Source: Octopus vulgaris
Lineage: Eukaryota
Assembly (NCBI GenBank): GCA_951406725.2
Contig: OX597819.1
Location: 120,342,001-120,406,000, forward strand
Direction: 5' to 3'
DNA length: 64,000 bases
Positions 39,976 through 53,882 of this stretch are shown piece by piece (within the stretch, counting starts at the first letter, position 1; every line of letters begins with the position of its first letter). The notes beneath the pieces were generated by a model. It searched no databases and was not told the DNA's origin. It worked only from the letters and a program-made list of their open reading frames with translations. Position numbers and translations under genes: made by a program.

Positions 39976-42900
39976 ATATATATATATATCATCACCATTG
40001 TTCCATGCTGGCATGTGTTGGATGGTTTGACAGGAACTAATATGTCCAAGGACTGCACTGAGCCCTAATGATGTCCCTACTTTGGCATGATTCTTACAGC
40101 TGGATGCCCTTATACCAACCACTTTACAGTGTGGACAACATGCTTTTATCATGCCTGTATCTATATGACCTTATTGAGGTCATACAGATACATATTCTTT
40201 TCTACTCTAGGCACAAGGCCCAAAACTTTTGGGGAGAGGTTCAGTCAATTAGATCAACCACAGTACACAACTGGTACTTAACTTATCGAGCCCAAAAGGA
40301 AAGAGCAAAGCTGACCTTGGCGGAATTTGAACTCAGAACATAAAGACAAGATAAAATACCGCTAAGCATTTCGTCTGGTGTGCTCGGCTTGTTGCCTTCA
40401 TACAATTATTGTTTTCATATCTGTTTAACAGCATTGCCTTAAATTAGACAAGATTTATTGAGACAAGGTCTTACAGTTGAAAGATCCCTAACCAACCCTT
40501 GTTTCTCAAGTAACATCTTGCCAATTCCCTAGTTGGTCCAGACTCATCTAAACAGGCAAAAATACTCAAATACCAGACATTCATGCACAGAAGAACGTCA
40601 ACAACATTGTCATTTTTGCTTAAATGTTATTAACAAAGACACTGAGAGGTTCAGCTATGAGATCTGGGTTACTTGCATATGAGAGTTCTCGTACACACCA
40701 TTATAACCTAGAAAACTATAATAATCAGCAATCAGTTTATTCTCAGTTAAATATTTCATTTGTAGTGTCTCACTAGGAGGAGGGTACCAAGGATACTCTG
40801 CCCTGATATAAATCTGATCGGCATCCAGCAACAGAAAATCAACCTCAACAAATTCCATCAGACCTGCGTGAACACATGAAAGTGTATGTTAAATAATGAT
40901 GCTGATAGTATGTATACTATTAGATGATACTATAACACCTATGTATACTATAATATAAATAGAAGGATAAAGTACCCTTCTTGAGCCCTATGGACTCATA
41001 AGGGCTGCTTTCCTGGTTTTCGTGGCATATATATCTCTTATATATAATCCATTCTGTCTGTGTGGCTTCTGGGATCTCGGGCATCCTTCATCCGATTGCG
41101 CTCAAATTTGATATGTAGATACAGATGGTATCAGGGCATGTATAAGTCTTGAAAAAATTACAAAAACTGATTCCAGGTGAGAATGCGATTGATAAAGCCG
41201 TGGGAAATCGTTTTTCTTTGAAATAGAAAAAAAGTCTATCTTAATTTCTTCTTTTGCTGGTGTCTCAAATTTAGGTTAAATCAGTGTTTCTCAAAGGGGA
41301 GGCCTATGGGATGGTCGGACAAGTTGTTTTGAGAAAATTTGGTTTAAATGTTTGCCAACTCAGCACCATCCATCGGACAGAGGAGCGTTTTGCTTGTATA
41401 TATATATATATATGTTTACCCACTGGACAGGACACTGGTCTGTCGCAAGGTTACTCATTTTTGCCAGCTGAGTGGACTGCGGAGAAGCATGAAATGAAGT
41501 GTTTTGCTCAAGAACACAACGTGTCACCCGGTCCAGGAACTGAAAAGCACAATGTTACAATCGAGGATAACTTGCATGTACTCAAATAAATAAAAATCTC
41601 AATAAACCTACAATTAATGATATTGATAACCCCATAGAAATCCTCAAAAATCCACCCCCAAAAAAATAACACCCCACACAAAGATCTTATAAATAAAATA
41701 TTTCTATATTCAGCAATAGACAACAAAGCAAACAGCACTGCTCCATATTTAACAATAAAACCAGAAACTGATCCTGATTTCTCCCTCAGCAAAATCAAAC
41801 GGAGACCGATGAGTCTCTGCAATTATTGATACAACTCACATTATCATCATCATCGTTTAACGTCAGCTTTCCATGCTAGCACGGGTTGGACGGTTCGACC
41901 GGGGTCTGGGAAGCCAGGAGGCTGCACCAGGCTCCAGTCTGATCTGGCAGTGTTTCTACAGCTGGATGCCCTTCCTAACACCAACCACTCTCCGTGAGTG
42001 TAGTGGGTGCTTTTTACGTGCCGGAGGTGACTGGCAACGGCCACGATGAGTTGGTGCTTTTTATGTGCTATCGGCACGGAGGCCAGTCGAGGCGGCGCGG
42101 GCAACGGCCACGTTCGGATGGTTCTTTTACGTGCCACCACCACTGGTATCACAACTACAATTTCCATTGATTTTTGATCGATTTCAATCATTATAAATAT
42201 TTACAAAAATTCCAACAAAACCCTAACCACTAAGCTATGTGCCCCCATATAATTGTTAGAATATAGCTGCTAGAACATAGTTGTATAATGCAGGGTAACC
42301 ATGAATCCAATAGTGTAGCTAGCCAGGCTGTGGTCTGCCACAGGGGCAGCATTTTGGGTTCTGTTGTAGGCAATATGTGATTATTTTTAAGTGTGGAACT
42401 AAGTCCTGCCAGGGTTAACTTCACCTTTCATCCCTTTAGGGGGGTCAATAAAATCAAGTACCTGTCAAGGACTGGGGTTGAAGGAACTGACTTGACCCTT
42501 CCCTTCAAAATTGCTATCCTTGAGGTCAGTGTCCCATTCAGGGGTATGTTGTGATGTTAGTCATCTATATACCATGGAAAGCAAGCAACCAGTCTTAGGG
42601 AACATAAAGCTGAACCCTTTCGTTACTGTATTTATTTTGAGATGCTCTGTGTTTCTTTCAATTACTTTAAATATAACAAAGATTATAGTAAAATCACTTA
42701 GTTATCATTCAGCTAGTGTTAGGATCATAAATTATGACTAAAGTTTGGTGAAAGATTTTAAATCAAAACTTATGAAAACAAGACATTTGTACTCAGATCT
42801 ATCGATCTCTGTTGCCAAGCCACTAAGTTACAGGGATGTAAACTCACTAACAACAGTTGTCAAGCAGTGATGGGGGAGCGGGGAGACAAACACAGACAAA

Positions 42901-45321
42901 GACCCACACACACACATAAATCATCATCATTATCGTTTAACATCACCTTCATGATGGCATGGACATATATATTTATATATATATATATATACATATAAGT
43001 GTGTGTGTGTACATATATAAATATCATCATCATCATCGTTTAACGTCCGTTCTCCATGCTAGCATGGGTTGGACGGTTCGACCGGGGATCTGGAAAGCCA
43101 GAAGGCTGCACCAGGCTCCAGTCTTATCTGGCAGTGTTTCTACAGCTGGATGCCCTTCCTAACGCCAACCACTCCGTGAGTGTAGTGGGTGCTTTTTATG
43201 TTTCTTTATTACCCACAAGGGGCTAAACCTAGAGGGGACAAACAAGGACAGACAAACGGATTAAGTCGATTACATGCGTAACTGGTACTTAATTTATCGA
43301 CCCCGAAAGGATGAAAAGTTGACCTCGGCGGAATTTGAACTCAGAACGTAACGGCAGACGAAAAACGGCTACACATTTCGCCCGGTGTGCTAACAGTTCT
43401 GCCAGCTCGCCGCCTATATATATATATATATATGTGTGTATATTTACACACACACAATGGGCTGCTTTCAGTTTCAGTCCACAAAATCCATTCACAAGGC
43501 TTTGGCCAGCCTGAGAAGTTATAGAAGAAGACACTGGCCCAAAGTGTCACACAGTGGGCCTGAACATGGAACCATGTGGTTGGGAAGCAAGCTTCTTACC
43601 ACACAGCCATGCTTGCACCTTGCTCAAGGTATATAAAAATTAAATATAATATCATGATATATGATTTAATAAATCTTAGCCTTAAGTTTGCTATCTGACT
43701 TCAGGCTCATCAAAGTAGAACTTAACCCAGTTTCCAGAATAGATAGTGTCAAATTATGGGACAGCACTCTAATTATGAGACGGATTGGTTATGAACAAAC
43801 AAACCTCAAGTTGACCAAGTGATTATTTAGTTACCCTGCTAATATATCTAAGTAGAGAGACTATTGGGTCAACAACAGCAACCTGAACAACAGTGTGATG
43901 TAAAACTGGTTAAAAATTCAAGCTCTGTGACACTGTCTTCCATATGAATTTTCTTTCCCATTTGGTTAAACAGAGGAAGTGGAGGAGGCGATGTAGTAAT
44001 CAGTCTGAACATATATGTAGGTCAACGTAGGAAGTTAAAAACGTAGCCAGATACGGAGAAGGAAAGAAAGAAAGAAAGAAAGAAAGAGTGCAACAAAGGC
44101 ACACCGCCAACAAGATTTAAATACTTGCAACAAGGTGAACTCTGATAATAGCAGCCAAACTCGATGCTATGCAGGTATATTAATATAGAGGTCGAAGGTT
44201 ATCATTCTGCTTTGCTTACCTACAATATTTACACAGACCTTAATTATTCATGAGACTCGTATTACAGATCTGTAATGCTTGTAAACAAAGGAAACTGTAC
44301 TGAATATGATCATGTTAAATAATGCACATCCGTTGACATACTTTTAATAAGACTGAATGACGTAACATGTGGAACACTTACGTCATTCAACCGATAAAAT
44401 ACAAAATTCCTGTGTAGCCTCTGACGCTATCTAACCATAATTCTGGCACCGTAAAAGTTCAAGCCATGTATTCACCTCATTGACAAAAAAAACTGGATAC
44501 TTTCGCTTTGATCGGCAGATTTTTTTAAATAATTTCTTTGTAACTAAACACTTTTAAACTTCGTATACTGGTAGAATGTGTTTATAAAACATCTTTTACT
44601 CTTGGCTTTCTTGAGAAAATTCTGTAGTTTGTAAACCATTTGTTCTTTAATTTCTTGCATTTCGGCAATTTCAACCAATCAATGACGTCTATTGAGGTGA
44701 ATCCAATTTCTGCCGGATCGTTGTCAACAACAATTATTTTCTCAAGAAAGCCAAGAGAAAAAGATGTTTTATAAACACATTCTACCACTATACGAAGTTT
44801 AAAAGTGCTTAGTTACAAAGAAAATATTTTAAAAATCTGCCGGTCAAAGCGAAAAGATCCGAAAACCTATCCCTGTCCTGTTCCTCATTTATTACTATCA
44901 TATCCCTCAACACTGTACCGTGCTCATCACGTGCAGCACAAAGTTTTGTCAGTGAACAGGTCGTGGATTCAAAGCGGTGAAAATATTTTGACACAAATTA
45001 AATTTAAATGGTGAAGTGAAATTAATGATTTTTGTGTGTTCTTAAATGGCTTACAAACATCTTCTATGCTGCAATTGCTTTTGTTTCAGCACACGATCTC
45101 AGATCAAGTCACTTGCTATGCAAGTACATCTCTGTAATACATATATATATAATTTCATATATTGTAAAAACATGTAATTTACGCACTTTTTTTCACAAAA
45201 ACAAAAATAAACTTTAGTGGGTGTGTAAATTACATGAGTAGATCATTTCCAGATTTTATTTAGAAAGTTTTTTTTTTGTCGAAAAATAACATACAAATGT
45301 AAACATTCGTACCGGATGATG

Positions 45322-45352
<31 letters not shown>

Positions 45353-46112
45353 TATTGGGTGCAAATTTTACCCGAGTAGAAGCTTTTTTTTAAAAATTTT
45401 TATCCTGAAAATCACCTGCGTAAATTACACAGGTGTGCAAATTACATAGGTTTTTACAGTATACGCACATATATATCATCATCGTTTAAAGTCCACTTTC
45501 CATGCTAGCATGGGTTGGGTGATTTGACTGAGGGCTGGCGAACCAGATGGCTGTACCAGGCTTCGATCTTGATCTGGCAGAGTTTCTACAGCTGGATGCC
45601 CTTCCTAATGCCAACCACTCCAAGAGTGTAGTGGGTGCGTTTACTTGCCACCGGCACAGGGCCAGACCTCACTCAAATCTTTTACACATGCCACTAGCAC
45701 AGGTGCCAGTAAGGCAATGCTGGTAACGATCACGCTCGAATGGTATCTTTTATGTGCCACCGGCACAGAGGCCAGGTAGCCGCTCTGGCAACGATCACGC
45801 TCGGATGGTGCTCTTAATACCCTACTATACACACATATATATACAAGTGTATGCACACACGCACACTTCTTCAAAATTGCATCCATGTGCCTCTATTCAA
45901 AAGTATTATTATTATCACCCTACCACCATCTCTCTTTCCTTCAATATTCTCTCCCCACAGCATCCTAAGATTCTTACCAGCATCATTTATGCTCATTGAA
46001 ATACCAGGTTTAATATTATCGACTCAAATTCTTGAAGGCATTACTGACTTTACTCCAAAATGCTCTAAACTAGTTAAAGAATGCAAAGACCAATTTTGGT
46101 TCCGTAACTTAC

Positions 46113-46355
46113 CGTAGACATACATAGATTCCAAATGAAACTCTTGGTCGGTTTGTTAGTAAATTCTGAGACAGTTCCAATGCATTGTAACCTGGTGAAC
46201 GTAATCCAACGAAAGTTTGGGGTGCAAGGGAGTGTGTGGAGACCGGAGACGGAACATACACCGAAGAATGGTGAAACGTGGCAACTGAGGATTGTAGTCG
46301 TGTTTTCAGAACTTCAAGTGGACATGTTATGATAGCACCTACTGTACCACCAATT
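46113..46355 (-). CDS. SLC25A36: Mitochondrial pyrimidine nucleotide carrier (SLC25A36/33-like), first identifiable coding exon (probably exon 2), 243 nt
   Basis: Acceptor ttttctattttcag|A ATT GGT and donor CG|gtaagt. Encodes [23 protein letters not shown]...GIYVCL(R), which contains the first carrier signature Px[DE]xx[KR]xR. Phase 2-2. Confidence 0.95.
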
Positions 46356-46461
46356 CTGAAAATAGAAAAATTAGTCATATAAATACATGTACAAAGATAT
46401 ACACATCGGTAACTAAATATATATAAAAAAATAAATACATGTACAAAGAGATACACATCGG

Positions 46462-46498
<37 letters not shown>

Positions 46499-48847
46499 AC
46501 TGCTACAGCAATCGACTATCGTGGGTGTTTACATTCCAAAACCACCATGCGATAGGTGAAAACCCATGAAATAGAAGATACTGTATATTTTTTTAATTAT
46601 TTTTATAATTTGCATATATTTCATCATCATCGTTTCAGGTCTGCTTTCCATGCTAGCATGGGTTGGACGATTTGACTGAGGTCTGGCGAACCAGATGGCT
46701 GCACCAGGCTCCAATCTTGATTTGGCAGAGTTTCTACAGCTGGATGCCCTTCCTAACGCCAACCACTTCGAGAGTGTAGTGGGTGCTTTTACGTGTCACC
46801 AGCACAGGGGCCAGTCAGGCAGTACTGGCAACGGCTACACTCAAATGGTGTTTTTTACGTGCCACCTGCACAGGAGCCAGTATAGCAACACTGACAGCGA
46901 CCTCGCTCGAATGCTTTTTCACGTGCCACCGGCACATGATTATAAATGCAAAACAACACCACATACTCGTGTTTGCCTCCAGGAAGCTATTGCTCACTTT
47001 CTCCGCGTTAGGACAATGTAATTCATCACCACCGACATCATACTTGGCTCCCAAGTTTCGTTTTCCATACAGTAAGGGCGATTCTTTTTAAACTCATCTA
47101 CGGTCATTACATATTTTCTCTTAATCTATTTTAATTAATCTGTTATACAGTGCAGTACTGTACCGCATTTTTATTAATTAATATATTAATTTTTGGGCGT
47201 GAAAATACTTATTTTACCACAGAAACAATTAAAATCTAAAAACTATAAATACCTACCTGCCACAGAAACCTGTGATATAAATTTACATATATTAGCCAGA
47301 AAAATCTGCAATGTACTGAGGGTATGATAGGTGAACCATGATATAGTGAGTGATTGTAATTACATAATCACAAGGGGCTCAGACACGGGTGTGTGGTTAA
47401 GAAGCTTGCTACCCAACGATGTAGTCTGGGGTTCAGTCCTGCTGCATAGCACCTTGGGCAAGTATCTTCTACCATGGCTCCAGGATGATCAAAGGAGTGG
47501 ATTTAATAAATGGAAACTGAAAGAAACCTGTTATATGTGTGTGCGTGTATATATTCTTTTATTCTTTTACTTGTTTCAGTCATTTGAATGTAGCCATGCT
47601 GGAGCACTGCCTTTAGTCAAACAAACCGACCCCAGGACTTATTCTTTGCAAGCCTAGTAGTTATTCTATTGGTCTCTTTGCTGAACCACTAAATTACAGG
47701 GATGTAAACACACCAACATTGGTTGCCAAATGGTGGCCGGGGGACAAACACAGATACACAAATACATATACACACACACACGGCAGGCACCTTCAGTTTC
47801 CATCTACCAAACCCACTCGCAAGGCTTTGGTCAGCCCAAGGCAATAGAAGACACCTGCCCAAGGTACCATGTAGTGGGACTGAACCTGGAACCATGTGGT
47901 TGATAAGCAAGCTTCTTACCACACAGCCACTCCTGCACTTAACATATATGTACACACACACACACACACACATTTCATAATCATTTAACATCCCTCTTCC
48001 ATGGAATGAATGATTTGAAAGGAGCTGGTAAGCCAGAGGACTGCACCAAGCTCCATCATCTGTTTTGGCAAGGTTTTTAAGGCTGGATGCCCTTCCTAAT
48101 GCTCACCACTGTACAAAGTGGACTGGGTGCATTCTATATAAATATACAAAACCATTTTCCCTCCTTGAATACTCTCCATTGCCTTGTAGCTGGTTTAGCC
48201 CCTTGTGGGTAGTAAAGAAATAGGTATTTCGTCTGCCGTTAACGTTCTGAGTTCAAATTCACGCCGAGGACAAGTATCCGTCAAATGTAAATAAGTACCA
48301 GTTACGCAATATAATCCACATAATCCGTTTGTCTGTCCTCATCTCTTATTCTGTCTTGCAAATTACTAAGAGATTCAATGCAACACAGAATGTGACAAGG
48401 CTGGCCCTTGAACTATGGGGACTACTGATTTTTGCCAGCTGAGTGGACTGGGGCAACATGACAAAAAAAAAAAGGGTTTTGCTCAAGGGGGCAATGTACT
48501 GCCAGGAATTGAACTCATAACCTTACGGTTGCAAGTGAAGTACTCTAACCACTAAGACACACCGTTTCACAGAGGTTATAAGCAGGAGGAAAAGCAGAAC
48601 CCAATCACTTTCCAAGGCTTAGTGACCTTCACATTGTCCCTGAAACTATTAGAATAAGAGACAAGGGACCACAAGTCCTGGGTTACTAAAACAGCAAGTC
48701 GGTAGGGCATCATCATCATAGTTTAAGGTCCGCTTTCCATGCTGGCATGGGTTGGACGGTTTGACTGAGGACTGGCAAGCCAGGAGAGGCTGCATCAAGT
48801 TAGGGTTATTCACAGTAACTGTGATATTAATACCTTTCTCCTTAATG

Positions 48848-49022
48848 GCACAGGAGTGGCTGTGTGGTAAGTAGCTTGCTTATCAACTGCATGGTTCCGG
48901 GTTCAGTCCCACTGCGCGGCACCTTGGGCAAGTGTCTTCTATTATAACCTCGGGCCGACCAAAGCCTTGTGAGTGGATTTGGTAGACAGAAACTGAAAGA
49001 AGCCCGTCATTATATATGTATA

Positions 49023-49077
<55 letters not shown>

Positions 49078-49270
49078 TTGTGTGCCTGTGTTTGTCCCCT
49101 CAACATCGCTTGACAACCAATGCTGGTGTGTTTAAGTCCCTGTAAAAGAGACCGATAGAATAAGTACTGGGCTTACAAAGAATAAGTCCTGGGGTCGATT
49201 TGCTCAACTAAAGGTGGTGCTCCAGCATGGCCGCAGTCAAATGACTGCAACATGTAAAAGAGTAAAAGAG
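48848..49270 (+). mobile_element. tRNA/CORE-like SINE family B with an internal (TA/TG)n microsatellite (representative copy)
   Basis: Head CAGGAGTGGCTGTGTGGTAAG...GGGTTCAGTCCC, CORE-like ACCTTGGGCAAGT and tail GTAAAAGA repeats. Copies at about 9050-9428(-), 11281-11470(-), 11995-12357(-), 18098-18510(-), 18714-19505(+), 19601-19857(-), 20187-20580(-), 22700-22910(+), 24894-25270(+), 29270-29640(+), 36515-36940(+), 42810-43618(-), 47560-47940(-), 52140-52462(-), 55290-55710(+), 61320-61690(+). Confidence 0.85.
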
Positions 49271-50159
49271 TGGTGGTAAAAGGAGTAAATACTGAAAAGT
49301 GATACTTGTGAGCAGACAAGCTGTGCAGAGCTAACCTACTTCAAAATACACCAAATGCAAATGATATATTCCTGTACTATAAAAACCAAAATATGCAAGT
49401 GCAGAAGGACTGGAGAAAACAAAATACGTAAATAACCTGAAAACTACACAACTAATTTGTTTTGCTTGGTAGAGAAGTGAAGACATCAAAGACGTTTTAT
49501 ATTTGGCTATAGATATCAAAACACCAACATCCTTGCAAAATGATGCCAAAGAAATGGATGTGCAAAACAGATAATCTAAACCAAATTAGAACCATACTGT
49601 GTTTAGATGCAGGTAGTAATTGACACGGTTGCAGTTTTTGATTCCTTTTTGCTTACGCCTGAAATCGTGAAAATTAGGTGGGTTAGTGCAAAGGTGTTAA
49701 TACGCATTCAGTGGTACATGCTGTCGTCATTGTGTTCCATATATAGCTTGCAAAAATAATAGGGAATATTTAACATTCCCCCACTAATATATATATATAT
49801 ATATATATATTCATACACACACATGCATATATATATATATCTATACATACACATACATAAATATATACATATGCATATGTGTGTCTATATATACATACAC
49901 ACACACATGCATATATATACATACACATATATGTACATATGTGTGTATGTAAGAATATCATCATCATCTTCGTTTAGCATCAGTGCTAGCATGGGTTGGA
50001 CGGCTTCCCAGACCCCAGTTGAACTGTCCAACCCATGCTAGCATGGAAAGCGGACGCTAAACGAAGATGATGATGATATTCATACATACACATATATGTA
50101 CATATACATACATACACACATGTACATATACATGCACACATGTACATATATATATATAC

Positions 50160-50480
50160 ATACACACATATGTACATATACATGCATACACACATATGTA
50201 CATATACATGCATACACACATATGTACATATACATGCATACACACATATGTACATATACATGCATACACACATATGTACATATACATGCATACACACATA
50301 TGTACATATACATACATACACACATATGTACATATACATGCATACACACATATGTACATATACATGCATACACACATATGTACATATACATGCATACACA
50401 CATATGTACATATACATGCATACACACATATGTACATATACATGCATACACACATATGTACATATACATACATACACATA
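50160..50480. repeat. 26-bp minisatellite, about 12 copies
   Basis: Unit CATATGTACATATACATGCATACACA. It explains the periodic pseudo-ORFs in all six frames. Confidence 0.93.
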
Positions 50481-52901
50481 TATACATACATACACAGACA
50501 TACATATATACACACATAATTCCTCATCTCTGAAATATAGAACTGTATCACCTGACACACGTAATCATGGAAAGTAGATGAAAACCTTTTAGTTGAATAA
50601 ATTGAGCCCAATACTTATTCTATCGGTCCCTTTTGCACAACTGCTAAGTTATGGGGGATGTAAACACACCAACACCAGTTGTCAAGTAGTGGTGGGGGAC
50701 AAACATAGAAGCATGCACACGCACATTATATAAATGACTTAATGGTTAGGGTGTTGCAGTCACGATTGGAAGATTGTGATTTCAATTCCTGGACTGGGTG
50801 GTACGTTGCATTTGCATTCCTGTGCAAAACATTTTATCTCACAGTGCTCTCTGATCACTTTGACACCTGAAGCGTGGTACAGCACACCTGTTAAGACGTC
50901 GATCTGATGGAGAGAGTGAACTAATTGCATGGCACAAACACTTGATCATCATAAACAAATCATTTGTGCAGGTGACTCAGCAAAACCTGAATGATTCATA
51001 TGCCATCTTCAATGAGAGAGCCCATCATATATATACACATACACGGTGAGCTGGCAGAAACGTTAGCACACCGGGCGAAATGCGTAGCCATATTTCGTCT
51101 GCCGTTACGTTCTGGGTTCAAATTCTGCCAAGGTCGACTTTGCCTTTCATCCTTTCGGGGTCGATGTAATCGACTTAATCCGTTTGTCTGTCCTTGTTTG
51201 TCCCCTTTGTGTTTAGCCCCTTGTGGATAGTAAAGAAATATATACACATACACAATAGACTTCTCTCAGTTTCCATCTACCAAATCCACTCACAAGGCTT
51301 TGGTCAGCCAATGGCTGTAATAAAAGACACTTGCTCAAGGTGTTACACAGTGGGACTGAACTTGGAACCATGTAGTTGGAAAGCAAGCTTTTTACCACAC
51401 AGCCACTCCTGCTTAGTGGCCTTAATTTTGTGATTCAAATAAGTGGCCAGTAGTATATACTTAGCCTTCCATGTTCAATAGTAAATATTTTAAAACGTAA
51501 AACGCTGCCTACGGGATGTCTACATTCTTGGAATTAGCTTTTCATTATTTCTTCTTCGTGGAAAATGAAACAATGCACAAATCATAAAAGAATGCAATAC
51601 TCGGCACGTATCTTTTCTGTTGGTGTTTCTGCTACTGTGTATAGGCCAGAGGTCAGCAAACAGTTTTTTGCAGTGACGCAAATTGGAAATATTTGTCTTG
51701 GGAGAGAAATAAAATGAACCCCCCACCACCACCACCACATACAAGGCAACAGATGTCCGCCCCCACACAATAATTACTAAAACATCACCTCTTAAAATGA
51801 AGGAAATACGACGCAAATGAACATAAAATCGGAATGTGTCTGTGTTTGTCACTCTACTAGTGCTTGGCAAACAGCGCTGGTATATTTATGTCTTTGTAAC
51901 TTAGCGATTCAGCATAAGAAACTGATAAAATACCACACTTTAATTCAAGAAATAAGTACTGGAATCGATCTGTTTGACAGAAAGCCCTTTAAGCCGGTGC
52001 CCCAGCATGACCACAGTCCAAATGACTGAAACAAGTAAAAGACGGCAATAGAAATTCTTTTACTTATATATATATATAAGAGTGGCTGTGTGGTATGTAG
52101 CTTGCTTACGAACCACATGCTTCCGGGTTCAGTCCCACTGCCTTTAGTCGAATCAAATCAACCCCAGGACTTATTCTTCGTAAGCCCAGTACTTATTCTA
52201 TCAGTCTCTTTTGCTAAACCGCTAAGTGACCGCGAATCTAAACACACCAGCATTGGTCAACAAGCGATGGTGTGGGGACAAACACTGACACACAAACATA
52301 TACACACACACATACATACACTACGGACTTAATCCACTCACAAGGCTTTGGTCAGCCCGAGGCTATAGTAGAAGACACTTGCCCAAGGTGCCACGCAGTG
52401 GGACTGAACCCGGAACCAAGTGATTGGGAAACAAGCTACTTACCAAACAGCCACTCCTGAGCCTACAATTTTTACAAACTGAAACTATATTTAATTAGCC
52501 TAAGTTGGAGAGCTAAGTCACAGGTCAGATGATTAAGATGCAGTTGAGGGGTTTAAAAAAAAAAAAATGAAAGTTGACCTGAAGTTACAACAGTGACGTT
52601 CCATTAAGTTCAACTATTGAAATCATTAAATTTTATAAACTCAACTCCCTCATTGTGCCGCGGACACAGGGAGCTTCGGGTGTAGAACCTGCAGAACTTT
52701 CATGTAATATTTTAAATATTTCAAAAATAGCAGCAAAGGTACACTGCTCCAAATTACTATATTCAGCATGCCATGGCTTCCATTTTATATAATAGGCGGA
52801 GGTAAAGAATATGTACACCGGGTGTACTTATTGTGTACTTTCACCATATAATGTATGCAAGCATATGTTTGTATGTATATGTGGTTATATTATTGGCTAT
52901 A

Positions 52902-53304
52902 CAGTAATCCCTTGCCATATCGTGGTTTATTATTTAAGTTTACGTCGATTCCTTCGTGGTGTTGTTTTGCATTTGAAAGAAAGGCCATCTTTCGGTACAA
53001 GTACCATAACTGCCAAGTCTGTTTGTTTACATTTGAAGAAGATCGTCACTTTCCGTAAAGTTTTATATATATATATATATGATATTAGGGTTAGGGGGAA
53101 AAGGGTTTCTTTTTTCTTCAGAACTGTAAATAAACCCACGTAGGTTTATAATTGGCAGTTATGGTACTTGTACCGAAAGATCGCCGAAATAAATATATAC
53201 AAATTCTAAAAAATATACAATACAGTACTGTTTCTACTTCGCGGATTTTCACTTATCACGGAGAATTTTGGAACGTAACACCCGCGATAGTCGAGGGATT
53301 ATTG
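52902..53304. mobile_element. Tigger/pogo-like MITE with a nested 203-bp GG-TIR MITE (52983-53185)
   Basis: Outer element TA|CAGTAATCCCT...AGGGATTATTG. Inner element has 34-bp TIRs GGC(C/G)ATCTTTCGGTACAAGTACCATAACTGCCAA and TSD gaaagaaa/gaaataaa. Related outer-family pieces at about 20040-20670 and 46505-47360. Confidence 0.75.
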
Positions 53305-53463
53305 CATTATTTAGGCCTGTTTACTTAAAATTACGGGGTGTCAGTTATCACTTCCGGTCAAGTCTTTTTTCTTTTCAATCCCTAAACATATTAATCTGGC
53401 TAGATTTGGTCAACGGGCCCTTATTTCCTAACTACTGCCAACGATGCAAATTTTGAAAAACAG

Positions 53464-53882
53464 GGATCTTTTAGGTTTGACCGGCAGTTTTTTTAAATAA
53501 TTTCCACGTAACTAAACACTTTGAAACTTCGTATACTGGTAGAATGTTTTTATAAAACAATTTTTTCTCTTGGCTTTATTGAGAAAATTCTATGGCTTGT
53601 AAGATATTTATTGTTTTTTTTTCTTCAATTTCTGCAATTTCAACCAATCAATGACGTCTATTGAGGTAAAAAAAAAAAAAAACATTCTGTGCCATATGAT
53701 AATGTCCCTCGTTTAAGAAACAGATTGGGTTTATTTACATTTCTGAAGAAAAAAAAAAGATACCCTTCCCCCTAACCCTAACCCAGATTGAAATGCAATA
53801 GATCGATACTAGGGTCATAATTATGGGTGACAATTTCATATGACACCGCTAGAAAAAACTGCCGGTCAAACCGAAGAGATCC
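53464..53882. mobile_element. Same ~415-bp MITE family, flanked by a long direct duplication
   Basis: TIRs present. Flanks 53361-53463 and 53883-54006 are homologous. Confidence 0.8.

Noticed and set aside
53770-53785. (CCCTAA)n telomere-like repeats (also at about 15091, 53085, 60106)
   Set aside because: Only 2-3 units, mostly internal to MITEs. They are not telomeric or interstitial telomere arrays.
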